From Felis catus (Eukaryota), in the NCBI RefSeq assembly GCF_018350175.1, contig NC_058369.1, positions 28,026,001 to 28,090,000 on the forward strand: 64,000 bases of DNA, written 5' to 3'. Within the stretch, counting starts at the first letter, position 1; every line of letters starts with the position of its first letter. The translations under genes and the position numbers were made by a program. The notes below the pieces were generated by a model. It ran no database searches. It was not told the origin of the DNA and saw only the letters and a program-made list of their open reading frames with translations. This document shows, piece after piece, positions 10,451 to 23,250 of the stretch.

Positions 10451-13085
10451 TCAGAAAAATCATCTTAAACTGGGAAATAGGCAAAGGAGATTCCTGAATT
10501 CCTTCAGTGTTAGCGCCCCCACTGCCAGGGTTGTCCTTCTGTGTATAGGATGTTTTACAATTCTGATGCGGGACAGTGACTTGTGTGAGCTCTTATGGAT
10601 ACTACCCTGCTCTCTATCTGACCCACCAACCTACCAAACTGCATGTATATATAAAATCTCAAATGATCTTTGGACTGAGTTTAACATCTTACTAGGTCCC
10701 TCATCAATTAATGAGCTAAATAAGATATTGAGCCATGTTTGTTTTACATTTGTACAAGAGCCATTAATTTATCTTTCTGCAAAGTGTTTTTTAACTTAAC
10801 ACTGGATTGTTTTGACAAGTGAGATGATGCATAGTGCATATTTGGTATAGAGTCTCTCACATATAATTCAATAAATGTTACCCATTGCATCACTGCTATG
10901 AACATGTCAATAATTGCCACCATTATCATACCACTTAAAATTTTTAATGTTAGCGATGGTTTGTTTACTCACATTAAAATATTAACAAGAAAGAATAATC
11001 ACTAGTTCTGAAAACGGTTCCAAATTCCACACTGCTAACCACAGCTGACACCACTTTAACATCTGGCCTTGAGAATGGTTATCTTGCAAATCACACACTC
11101 AGTAGAGAAATGAGAGTTTTCAAAGGATCCACTTTCCACGCACAGAAGCTTGTGCATCAGCTGGGCTGCCATCACGTCTGCTAAACAGGATTCATTAGAG
11201 TGATAATTGACAGTTGTTTCCTTTTCTAAGTGATTGCTCTGTAGTTCCATTATGTTCTGTCAAGGAAGTGCTAGTAATTAATTAACAATAAACTAAACAC
11301 TAACTTTGCTTGCAGTGAAGGTTTGAAACCATTTATCTTGGGGGTGCAGAGATGTGGCAGAGAGAGAGGAAATCCACCTCCTAGGTCCATGAAACACTGT
11401 AAGATGTCATTACAGGGATGGATGGGGATGGACAGAGCCCTCTGGGAAGGTACGAGAGACCTCCATGTATAGCTTTGCCGGTGCCGATATATTGAAAAAA
11501 AACGAAAAGGAAGAAATCTCAAACCAGGAGTCCAAAAATATGGTCTACTTTTCTTTAGAAAGACACTTCAAACACTGAAAAACAAAATAAGAATAAATAA
11601 GATATTCATAAAGTAATGAACTTTTTTTTTTTTAATTTCAAAGTACATGGTAGGTGAGTGGTCAGGAAGGATGACAGTGCTCTTTGCATTCCTACCAGCA
11701 CATTTCTATAACTCTTCTTTTTAAAAAATAACATCTAAAGTCTAAAAAATAAAAAATAATAATATCTAAATTTAAAATTTTTTCAAGATAACATCCAAAG
11801 TCTAAATTGAGGCTTTTTGTGAAAATGCAGCCTTAGGCTAAGGATTGAGCCCTCTTCCCTCAGCCCTCAGTCTCTGAGATCTCATTTTTCATTAAATCAT
11901 CTGGTATCATATGCCTCAGTTGCTGGTCTCCTTTTCTGCCTATTTTGTTCTTTCAGTATAGAGCTATTAGGGGTTCATCCTACAGGTCCTGGCAAACACA
12001 TCCCCATTGCTCTCCACCTTCTTCCATCAGTTTAAACTGCCCCATCCAGGCACAATGATCTCTTGGTCCCACAGATTCTTGCTATGCATTACTTACTATA
12101 ATTTTTGAATGCACTTAATCACATAAGCTTTTAGTCAGTTTCACATTCAAGCGTCTCACCTCATCAATAAGACCTCAGCTCTTTGAGGACAAGGACATGT
12201 CTTCAAAAGATAATTAACAATTACAGAGTACCACTGCTTTGGAATCTGGTCATGTTGGATACTTCGTGGAGCAGAAAAGCAAGCAGCACCTTTGGGTACT
12301 CCCCAGCATTCTCCTGCCATGGGAAAAGACTACAGCTTTTTAATTTTTCAAAGGTGTTTTGTGGGTTTCTGGCTCCAGCAGAGCCCCAAACCTATCATTT
12401 AAAGGCTCCAGAATCCCTGGTCCAAATGTCTGCCAGTATCTGAGTCCCTATCCTACAGTGTTTTTCAAAAGAGGATCCTGAGATATTCTTCAAAATCAAA
12501 AGAGAGTGACGCTCTCTCAAAGAGACTGGTGATCAGAGAGGGGAGGATTTGGTTAACTGGGACACAAAACAGGACAAGAACTGGGTAGAGGTCAAAGTCA
12601 GCTCAAGGCCAAGTGAGAAAGACAAATGTAAGCAAAGGAACCAGCTAATCAATAATAAATTTGGGCACTGGATCAGGAGTTGGTTGATAGAAAAGGGACA
12701 GACAAAAATGTCCCAGGGATAAGGGTAGGGGCAGGAGTCACTTCAGGGCCCTCCTGTCAGCTCCTGACAGAGTTAACAGCTCTGAGAAAACTAGAGAATA
12801 CTGGAGCCTCCGATTCCACTGAACTTGGCCTTAAATGGGCACAACCCCCAAGGCAAAACAAAACAAAACAAAGCACTCTAACACTTTTCAATTGAAAGAA
12901 AAAAAAATTTGATTTGGAACTAATTTCAAACTTACCCACAAGTCCCAAGAACAAGAAGAGTATAGGGAACAACTGTGCACACCCCCAGATGTATACACTA
13001 TTAGTATTTCCCCCACCTGCTTATCAGTTGCACTCTCTCCTTATACACTCTATTTATTTCTTGCTCTTATCTTGAAAATAAGTTA

Positions 13086-13310
13086 GGGGCGCCTGGGTGG
13101 TGCAGTCGGTTAAGCGTCCGACTTCAGCCAGGTCACGATCTCGCGGTCCATGAGTTCGAGCCCCGCGTCAGGCTCTGGGCTGATGGCTCAGAGCCTGGAG
13201 CCTGTTTCCGATTCTGTGTCTCCCTCTCTCTCTGACCCTCCCCCGTTCATGCTCTGTCTCTCTCTGTCCCAAAAATAAATAAACGTTGAAAAAAAAATTA
13301 TAAAAAAAAA
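13086..13310 (+). mobile_element. Can-SINE (SINEC_Fc, youngest type)
   Basis: CpG-rich, near consensus; TSD gaaaataagtt at 13074-13084 and 13311-13321. Confidence 0.97.
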
Positions 13311-13357
13311 GAAAATAAGTTGCATTCAGTGTGCATTTTTTAAGAAAAAGAGATTCT

Positions 13358-14278
13358 GGAGGTGATCCAAGATGGTGTCACAGGAAGACCCTGAACTCAC
13401 CCTTTCCCACAGACACACCAAATCCTTCCCCCAACCCTGCAACTGCATATACACCAATTCCTCTTGAAGAAGAACTGAGGGCTGAATGACCATCTTCCAC
13501 AAGAGAGAAAGGCAGGACCAGAGGAGACATGGTAATGAAAAGAACCCCACCTGGAACCTTATGACCTGCAGTAGGGATATCTCTGAGGGGCGTCTGCAGC
13601 AGACTCACCCACCCGGGGGCATAAAGAAAACTCAGTGGGTTAACAGCCAACTAGAGTAGAGGTGAAAGAAACCCATTTACTAATCCTGGAGTGTCCTCCA
13701 AACATGGGGGAGCTGCTGGAACTCTCTCCTGGGTCGAAGGGACCAACTGGTAAGCACCACTGTTTACATTCCTCTCCACCTTGGCAGTACAGAGGACAGC
13801 AGGGTCTAGGCACTCCAGCTGGCATCCTAGGGCCACCCCAGCAAGCTCCAAGCCCCTAGCCCACTGCAGCTCCAGCTGTCCCTCCAGGGTGGCATAGAAG
13901 ACCCTAACACCCCTAGCCCATGCCTTTTGCTGCTCTAGCTCTGGCCATCCCACCAGAATTAGGATTTCAATTATACATGGAATCTAAAAACCAACAGAAG
14001 CAAACTGAAACAGACTGGTAGGTACAGGATTGATGGATACTGGTTACCAGAGGGGAGGGATTTGGGAGGCAGACAAAATAAGCGAAGGGGATTAAGAGGT
14101 ACAAATTTCCAGTTATCCAATAAAAAAGTTATGGGGATGTAATGTACAACATAGAGAATATAGTCAGTGATATTCTATTAACTTTGAATAGTGGAAGATG
14201 GTAACTACACTTATCATGGGGATCATTTTGTAACGTACAGAAGATATTCTGTGTCAATTATACTTCAATTAAAAAAAA
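13358..14278 (+). mobile_element. L1 derivative: 5'UTR (13358-~13958) joined to ORF2 end and 3'UTR (~13960-14278), L1_Carn/L1MA9-like
   Basis: Starts ggaggtgatccaagatgg..caggaagaccctgaactcacc (L1 5' start with YY1-site remnant); 3' part gaaggggattaagaggtacaaatttccagttat...gtcaattatacttcaattaaaa; degenerate TSD (13/16) at 13342-13357 and 14272-14287. Confidence 0.8.
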
Positions 14279-14438
14279 GGATATTCTCTCTAATCACCAC
14301 AGTAGAGTAAGCATTTCAGTAAATGTAACATTTGTTCAGTATTTTACCTAATCCACCATCTTCTCTTTCCTAACTTTATCAATTAACCAAATAATGCCCC
14401 TGATGGCATTCCCTCCTCCAGTTTAAGATCCAGTGTAA

Positions 14439-15454
14439 AAGGAAATAATCAACAAGACTAAAAGGCAACCTACTCAATGGGAGAAGATATTTGCAAATGA
14501 CATATCCAATAAAGGGGTAGTATCCAAAATACATAAAAGATATAAAACATCCAAAAAACAAATAATATAATTAAAAAATGGGCAGAAGACATGAACAGAC
14601 ATTTCTCCAAAAAGGACATCCAGATGGCCAACAGACACATGAAAAGATACTCATCACTCATCATCAGAAAAATGCAAGTTAAAATCACAATGAGATATCA
14701 CCTCATACCTGTCAAAATGGCTAAAATCAACGACACAAGAAACAACAGGTGTTGGTGAAGATGGGGAGAAAAAGACATTCTCATGCACCACTGGTGGGAA
14801 TGTAAACTAGTGCACCCACTGGGGATAACAGTATGGAGGTTCCTCAAAAAGTGAAAAATACAACCACTTTATGAACCACCAATTGCACCACTGGGTATCT
14901 ATTCAAAGAATACAAGAACACTAATTCAAAGGGATACATGCACCCCTGTATTTATAACAGCATTATTTACAGTAGGCAAAATATGGAAGTAGCCCATGTG
15001 TCCATCAATTGGTGAATGCATGAAGATGTGTTTTATATGTATATACAATGGAATATTTACCCATGAAAAAGAATGAAATTTTGCCATTTGCAATGACATG
15101 AATGGAACTACAGAATACAATGCTAAACTAAATAAGTCAGTCAGAGAAAGATAAATACCATATGATTTCACCCGTATGTGGAATTCAAGAAAAAGACAAA
15201 TAAACAAACGGAAACAAATCTGAGAGAGAGAGACAAATCGAGAAACAAACTCTTACCAATAGAGAACACACCGATGGTGGCCAGAGGGGAGCTGGGTGGG
15301 GGGATGAGTGAAATAAAAGATGGGGATTAAGGAGTGTACTTGTTATGATAATCACAGGGGGATGTATGGAAGTGCTGAATCTCTGTATTAGACAGCTGAA
15401 ACTAATATAACACTGTACATTAACTAACTGGAATTAAAATATAAACTTTACAAA
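14439..15454 (+). mobile_element. 5'-truncated carnivore L1 (ORF2 C-terminus and 3'UTR)
   Basis: Classical ORF2 3' sequence (aatgggagaagatatttgcaaat; aatgagatatcacctcatacctgtcaaaatggct); TSD aagatccagt(g/a)taa at 14425-14438 and 15455-15468. Confidence 0.95.
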
Positions 15455-16139
15455 AAGATCCAGTATAAGAGCTTATTTAGCGTTCATGTCTTCTTAATAT
15501 GCTTTAATCTCCAACATTTGTCTTTCTTCATTTTTCTGTTTAATGATACATCCCTATCCCCGCTCCCATGCCCCACCCACATGTTTGTTTGTTTTTAAAT
15601 AGAGCTATACTTTATTTGGGGTTTTTCTGATGTGCATTGGTGATGAGGTTCATGTTATGTATTCCTGACCAAACACCGTATTGATCAAGCCCCGGCCTTC
15701 GTGGGACATCACTCCGAGCGGCACAAAGTATCTGCTGCTCCTCGTGGGTGAAGTCTATCATGATCACTGGTCAAGATCTTGTCAGCTTTCTCCACTGTAC
15801 AGTTACCATTTTCCTAAACTGAAGACTGCTTAATATTCTGATTGTGTATTAGACAAGAAAAAGAGGTTGTTATGTTTTCGTTACATACTGATAAAGTATG
15901 CACATTTTTAAAAGCTTAGTGTGTTTTGTTCGTTTTAAATAATAACACATGCACACCTTTTTTTACTTCCTGTTGTCTACCACTCTGGGCTGTAAGCTTT
16001 TATTACGCAAAAGCTGTGGTGTGGGAGCCACTGTTTGTATGTGTTCCTTCAGGCCCTCTCACCAAAACAACACAAACCGTACAATAACCAACAAATGTGC
16101 CCTTTCTTAAAAGTGGTCCAAGGGTGGGTTTTCACATTT

Positions 16140-16270
16140 CAAAGAGCATCTCAGGCTGTTCAAGGTGAGAGACATTTGAAATCAATTGGTCCAACCCACT
16201 CATTTTTACAGAAAAAACAAGGCCTAGGGAGGAAAAAAATGACTTGCCCAAGATCACATAACCACAACAG
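16140..16270 (-). mobile_element. MIR/MIR3 relic
   Basis: ggtccaacccactcatttttacagaaa...tgacttgcccaagatcaca. Confidence 0.7.
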
Positions 16271-16539
16271 TTCTTTAGAAACAATTATAAAATCAATTCA
16301 GAGGGCCATGATTGCCATGTTTTAAAGTGAAATACAATTTAAAAAAAAATATCTGAGCACTTAGGATAAAGCAAGGATAAATATTGCTTGGTGAAAGTTT
16401 TGTTTTAATTCCAAATGTTTATGAATGGGTATGCTCCCCTCTACTGGGTAATGACATAAAATATATTTCTTACTGAAGGTCATATTTAAAAACCAGCAGA
16501 ATCTAGGTTTGACAACTTAAAAACCAGGAGCCATTCTAC

Positions 16540-16690
16540 TACAAAGGTGCTGCCTAAACTTTAGTGTGAAAACAAAGGTTGAAAGGCAGGTTCTGATTCA
16601 ACAGGTCTGGGATGGGATCTGAGATTGCATGTGTTGAAGGAATTTGTTTGTGGGTGTTAGCTTGTGGGCACCTTTGAGAGCCTGATGAAA
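16540..16690. mobile_element. MER5-like hAT relic
   Basis: ttctgattcaacaggtctgggatgggatctgagattgcat. Confidence 0.65.
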
Positions 16691-16891
16691 ACACCGTATC
16701 CCAGTTTACTAGCTTATGGGAAGGATATCTACATAAAGTATATATTTGTTTTCATTTGTTAACAATTCGATATAAATTAATTCTTGAAAATGTTTAAATT
16801 AAAGCAAATAAACAAAAGCCTTCCATATAGAATCAGCTCACTGCATAGCAGGAAAAAAAATATGTGCCAATGGTGATTATTGAATATTGGG

Positions 16892-17078
16892 GGGGCGCCT
16901 GGGTGGCTCAGCCGGTTAAGCATCCGATTCTTGGTTTCCACTCAGGTCATGATCTTGCCGTTTGTGAGTTTGACTCCCACATTGGGCCCCACACTGACAG
17001 TATGGAGCCTGCTTAGGATTCTCTCTCTGCCCCTCCCCTCTCTTCTTTCTCTCAAAATAAATAAATAAATAAAAATAA
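16892..17078 (+). mobile_element. Can-SINE (older)
   Basis: ggggcgcctgggtggctcagccggttaagcatccg head; aaaataaataaataaat tail. Confidence 0.93.
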
Positions 17079-18829
17079 CATTGAGATTTCCTGGTATCCA
17101 TGAAATGCCACACATGGGACCCAATCAATAATCATGCAAGGTGGGGTTATTTCCCCCAAATTATAGAGGAGAAAAGAGATTCAAACATCTTACTTTCCCT
17201 AAGGTCATACTGCTTGTGAGTAGAGGGCCAAAAATTAGAATCCCGCTGATTCCTAAGGTCATGCTTCTATCATACTCACTGACTCACACATGTATACTAT
17301 TCACACACATATACAGATGCTCTAGCTACTGCTTTCATATAAGTACATATGTGGATATGTACATTGACACCTTCCTGGACTTCCATTTTTACAAACAGTA
17401 TTCATGTGAGAGGAAACTAATGTGTCAAAATCAAAGTCCCTAGAATTATGTGCCTTCCCAAGTGGCTCAAGCACCATTTATATTGTCTTAATTAATGGGA
17501 TCTGTTAAAAACAGTCACATTAGATTAGAGAGACTGAGTTTGAAGGCTGGTGGGAAAGAGTATGAGAGGCAAACAGCCAGTACTCCAAACAAGATTCCAT
17601 CATGTGTGTCTCAGACTTCATGGGGTATATTTAGTTCAAACCCTGGTACTTTATACAAATAGGTTGTCACGTAAAGTGCAAACAACTCTCTTTTGACAAA
17701 GTGATACTGCTATGGTACCGGGTTGACGGCTTTATATACCGCAAAGCTCTTTAAGTGACAAATGAAAGCAGTGACTTGAAATTATGGTGATATGGAATTA
17801 CTGCATAAATCCTTTCTGGCTCTCAGGGGGAGCAAAAGGAGAGTGTTTCGCAATTAATTAAAAAGAAAATCTGAGAGGATGAGGTTAGATTTCTCTAGAC
17901 TTGACTCTGTAAAACAGACTTTGAAGTTGCTCCTACAAAATTGAGAAATGACCCTGAAAACTTCTTCAAATGAGATGTACAATGTTGTTTAAAGATCTGG
18001 CTGAAGTGCAGCTCTTGACCCAAATTATGCCAGGCACGGGTGCAGTAATTATCTTTGCTGGAGATGTTCGGTGCCCTGACGTGGAGACCTTTTGGTATGT
18101 TTGATAATGCAGCTTTTTGTGTACACACACTGCTTGTCCAAGCTGTCTCCGTCAGTGGCAAGTTCGAATGAAGCCCGATAATTTAAAAGGGTCTGCTTTC
18201 TTGCCAGCTTTATCTAGCCTGAATAAACATTTCCAGTCAATCACGTATAAAACCTTCCTGCATAAATTCAGCTGACCTGCTCTCATCTCCTAATAAGGAT
18301 TTTTACAAAGAGGCCTGTTGGGCAACATATTTCTGATAGATGATTAATAAGAGATATAGGATTTCTTTTTTTAAATCATACTTTGACTTTAAGAGGGCAA
18401 ATTCATTATCCATAAATCAAAAGGAGCACAGGATTTCAGTTTTATCAAAAGCCTTATCTGACTTCACTCTGACAGTTAACTCTAGGCCGTAAATGATTAA
18501 ATAAAAGTCTAAGTTCACCCAAGCCAGGGCAAGAAAAAAAAAAAAAAAGAAAAGAAAGAAAAGAAAGATGGGGGGGGGGGAACCCTCAAAGCCCAGAAAC
18601 TTCAAATAAAATAAGAAAAAGTCACAGAATTTTCAGCCTCAAAAAGAAATGGTGAGGAGATGTATTATCTACCGGAAATGGATTTCAAGCGGAGGGTTTC
18701 TTCAGTTGGTTTTGCTTTTCAGAACTAGATTCAAATCTTATACTACCCTCCAAAAGAGAAAAAAGTTTTGAGAGTATTACTACTGATTTTTCTTTAAAAA
18801 AAGTTTTAAGTGATACATATGTAAAAAAA

Positions 18830-19285
18830 AATACAAATGGTCACATATCTTTAACATCCCTTCCACTGAAAGGTGGGATCTGTGTCCCCCTCTCCTTGAG
18901 TCTGGTGGGTTAAGTAAGTATTTTCACCAACAGAATTCCACAGAACCTACTATGGTCAGGTCTTAAGAAATTGGTGTTTCTACCCACTCTCTGAAAACAC
19001 TTGCTCCTAAAGCCATGAATTTCTCTAAGGTAAAAAGGCTGACTACCTCGAGGCCAACATCTTGCAAGGAAACCCAACAGAGCCGTGTAGAGAGGGAGAG
19101 AGATGTTCAACTCCCTTGTAGTCAAAGGAGTCATCCAAGCTGAGGCTCCAGACATGATTAAACTGGGATAAGCCAGCCATCCCTGCCATGTCCTGGGTGA
19201 GTCTCTGACCCACAGCACGGTGAGATCTAATAACAAAATCGTTTTCAGCTGTTATGTTTTTGAGTGCTTTATTACACAGTAGGTG
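18830..19285 (+). mobile_element. MLT1F/G-like solo LTR
   Basis: ccttccactgaaaggtgggatctgtgtccccctctccttgagtctgg; gactacctcgaggccaacatcttgcaaggaaaccca; gaggctccagacatg. Confidence 0.8.
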
Positions 19286-19289
19286 CCCC

Positions 19290-19760
19290 AAGCATATAAA
19301 GTGGGATATTAAGTGTATCACTCTACAGTTTTGCCTATGTATTCCCATATGTAACCACCGCACAAAAAAATACACACACAACCACATACATACATACACA
19401 GAGGTAACCACTCTTCTAACTTCTATCATCACAGGTCAATTTTGCCAATCCTTAATTTTATAATACCGTACATCATACAACACGTACTCTTTCAGTCAAC
19501 TGTCCCTGAGATTCATAATTGTTGCTGTGCAAGTCAATAGATGGTATATATTCATTGCTGTGAAGTAACCATTTTATGTCTATTACATTAAGTCAATCGG
19601 TGGCTGAGGGACATTTGAATTGCTTCTAGCATGGGGATTTTGTAAATAAATAAAGCTGTTACGAACATTCTTGTACAACAATGCACCCACTGCTCTTGGG
19701 TATAAAGCTCACAGTAGGGTTGCTAGATCATGGGCTAGGGCATATGTTGATTCAATTATT
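19290..19760 (-). mobile_element. Old L1ME-like 3' fragment
   Basis: gtaaccactcttctaacttctatc; gggacatttgaattgcttctag; gctgttacgaacattcttgtaca. Confidence 0.75.
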
Positions 19761-20789
19761 AGTTCAGATTCTGACCACTTATGGAACTGTCCATCAGGGT
19801 TATGATGCACGTAGGTTTTCTCTACATACATCGAACAAATACTGAGAACAATCATGCCAAGCATTAAATTAAGCTATTTATGATTTGTCCTTCCATATTT
19901 GACCTTTCCTGACTAACTGCACAATAGTATTGTTCTCAACAATGTCTACTGTCATGAAAATGACACTGTTCTTGGAAAAATCCTATCAGGCAAAGTCAAC
20001 CTCTAAAATAGTACTGTAATAAATATGCAGAAATGTCACTTTTTGCATTAGCCCAAAGGTTTTGTATAGCTTAAGGATATGTGCAGTAAGCTAACTATAA
20101 AAATAGAAACTTGACAGTGGGGATGTATGTGTGTGTCAAAATAATATTACTCTTTCTGGAAGTATGGCAGAAAAAATGACACTACATCCACCAGCATGAT
20201 TTTTATAGATCTGCCTCTTTGCCAGATGTCACCTTTTATAAACTGCTTTATAAAAACATGACAGTATAAGTGCAATAGTGTGTTTATTGCTTGATAAACT
20301 TTAGTAATAAACTGAGGATTGGTTGAAAATTAAAGCCTTAGAGCCTATTCATTAAGCATTTAGGACAAGTGAATAAGCAAAAAATGCAAACTATTAAAAT
20401 GCTCAATGTATGCAGATCAAGCTACTGGCAGCCGGCACTATTTCTCTGTTGGTATGTCTTCTGGAAATATCTGCCAGTTTCCTTGTCATTGAGCTAAATG
20501 CATTACAGCCACATCTAAAGGATGCCGTTTGCATCTCTACCAAGTTGAGTGAAATCCAGAACCTTACAATTGCCACAGGCTCACTGAGTGAGAATAAGCC
20601 TTTTTCAAGTGTTCTGTAATTTAGCACAACATATTTACATATGGAAAATGGTGGTCCCAACAACTATTTTTCTGAAAGTACTTGAAAAGACTTTAAGGAA
20701 TCTCCTAAAATAATTTCATAGCACACAGTAACTATTTTCACTATTGATGGACCATATATAGCAATGTTTCTTGAAGGATAGCCTGAAGA

Positions 20790-20950
20790 TTTTTGGATTA
20801 TTTGTAGTGCTTGCTAAAACTAGAGGTTCCAGGATTCACCCTTAATTGATTAAAACAAAATTTCATGGTAAGGGGCCCAAGAACTAATATTTTATTATAT
20901 AACTCCAAATGATTCTTATTCACAATGAAATTTGTAAATCACAGCTGTAC
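20790..20950. mobile_element. MER5A-like relic
   Basis: gcttgctaaaactagaggttccaggattcacc...ggggcccaagaac...ctccaaatgattcttat. Confidence 0.65.
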
Positions 20951-22180
20951 GGGAATCTAATAATAATAAACTTCAGGGAAAAATATATTGCCCCAGCAGT
21001 GTGGCAATTTTAAGCGGGTCTTTTATAATTTTATATTCTAGGATTAAATTTATTATTTAACTTTGTATTTAAGAAAGCCAAATAGTTTGTACCAATTTAA
21101 TTTTTTTGTGATGGGGACAAATGAAGACCCACAAAACAAAGTCTAGTTAAGGAATTTAAAAAAATCAATCCCCGTGACAAATGCATATACAAATAAAATT
21201 TCCTGAGGATTCTATTTAACCCGGGACTGACATTTGTAATCTTTGTAACTGATAAACATGAAAAGCAGCAGTTATCAGAACAACACAATCCCTTTACCTG
21301 ATTGTCTGTTAGAAATCCTCCATTGCTCATCAGATTTTTACTGCTTACTAGTCACAGTGAATCCCATCCACACCCAAATGTCATGGAATATTACAATAGT
21401 TAACTATCCCAAAGCTACCAACATGCAGTTTGTGTGGGGTGAAGACTCATAAAAATGCTAATAAAAATATCAAAATAATAATAAGTTCCCATTAACAAAT
21501 TACTGCATCCATACGAACACTAATACCTGAAAGAGACTGTCAAAGCTTCATAGGTGCTATGGAACATTAGTACTGGGAATTAGCAGTCCAAGATTCCACT
21601 TCAGGCGACTAAATAAGCTTAACACGTCATGATACAATGCAGTGATGAAGCAGTGTAGGATTTTTTGGACACGAAACACGTTGAAAATAAACACCCTCTC
21701 CTCAATCCCAGTAAGGAACAAACAGTGACTGCCGTTTTCCTTGTAAGTTAAAAGAAAGAACTTGCAAAAAGAAAGTCAAGTTCAATTTCAGATAGTTTTA
21801 TTTTTCTTCTCTGCAAGAAATAGCACTGAATCAAGAGTGAAATAGAAATCAGAAAAAGTATGGGAAAAGTTGCAAAGAAAGGTGTGGAGATGGGTAAAGG
21901 AAATGTTTCTTCACTGAAACAATCATGCTGTTTTTGTTTTGTTTTGTTTTGTTTTTAAACACCTTACGGAAACAGAAATTGGTCAAGCAAATTTTATCCA
22001 AGTCCCTGGTCCTTTGGGCCTTGTAAGTGTATGTACACCTTATCAGAAAGGCCAAGACCACAATTACTGGCATCCCGACCACGTGATGCGGGGAAGACCA
22101 CGAGACTCCCAGTCAGCATAACTGTCGCCTGGTTTCACTTGAGTGCCCATTAACTGACATTTTAAAAACTTAGGAATCTC

Positions 22181-22672
22181 TGTATTAATTCCTATAACTG
22201 CTGTAACAAGTTACTATAAACTTTGTAGGTTAAAATAATGCAGATTTATTCTCTTATAGTTCTGGAGGCTAGAAGTCCCAAGTCAGTTTCAAGGAGCCAA
22301 GGTGTGCACTGGGCTAGTTCCTTCTGGAGGTTCTACAAGGACAATCTGTCTCTGTCTCCATATCTTTTTCAGCTTTTAGTTGCTGCGTGTATTCCTTGGT
22401 TTATGTCTCCTTCCCCTATCTGCAAAGGGCAGCGCTCCAAACCCTGACACTGCCTCCTTTCTGATGCTGACTCCCCTTGCCTTCCTCTTATCGACACCAT
22501 TGTGATTAAGTTGGACTCATCCAAATAATCCAGGATAATATCCCCATCTCAAGATTCTTAACTTAATCACATCTGTGAAGACCTTTGTGTCATAGAAGGT
22601 AATAGGAATTAGAACAGATTTCCAGGAATTAGGATGTAGACATCTCTGGGGGCCATCTTTCAGCCTACCACA
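22181..22672 (-). mobile_element. MLT1B/C solo LTR, full length
   Basis: TG...CA termini (tgtattaattcc...cagcctaccaca); near-TSD atctc/atttc; diagnostic ttatagttctggaggctagaagtcc and taatccaggataatatccccatctcaagattcttaac. Confidence 0.9.
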
Positions 22673-23250
22673 ATTTCTCTGAGTTTTCTTTTTAAGACTA
22701 ATTCATTCATTTCCTTATTTATTCATTTACCTAACCACCCACCCCCTTCACTCTACAGGAATTGGAAGGGGGTTCCCAACCAGTATGGCAGAACAGATTT
22801 GTACACTATGAACCTCCAAAGCATGTGTTGACAAATTCTGATCAATATGTAAAATTGATTTTTGCTGCAACTGTGTATACATTCTGACAGGGTGATATTT
22901 CTCAGGGGGGAAAAAAAGACAGTGAGTAGAGGGGGTGATGGAGTACTGTATAGATTGGGATAACTAGCTGCCAGTAAAAGGGCTGAGTCAGTGCTCAACA
23001 TTAAAGGGAAACTAGAGAAATGTATCAGATTTTCTGGAATGTGCAGAACTGGATTTACAGGAAGATACAGGAATTTGTCTTGTGAGCACATAAAAGACCA
23101 TGGCAAGGATAACAAAAGGCCCATATCAAAATGCAGCATGGCCACAGGGAGACCAAATGAATGAAGTGGTAAATGTAGAAGCTTCTAGAGATGCTGTGCA
23201 AAGCTGCTCCTCTCTGAATGATTGCATTGTAATTATCAGAAATTGTTTGG

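Larger units (their letters stand above)
12900..15815 (-). mobile_element. Old L1MC-type 3' UTR, split by one SINE and two younger L1 insertions
   Basis: Starts ttggaactaatttcaaacttac; resumes at 13311-13357, 14279-14438 and 15455-15815 as collinear consensus pieces (gatattctctctaatcaccacagta; ttagcgttcatgtcttcttaa; tttctccactgtacagttacca). Confidence 0.75.

Noticed and set aside
20410..20619. ORF with signal-peptide-like N-terminus (MQIKLLAAGTISLLVCLL)
   Set aside because: Short, no family similarity and poor Kozak context; hydrophobic runs arise easily in T-rich DNA.
21292..21330. ATG...CAG|gtaaag (MSNGGFLTDNQ) possible first coding exon on minus
   Set aside because: Moderate donor, weak Kozak, no promoter evidence, and the peptide is not recognised.
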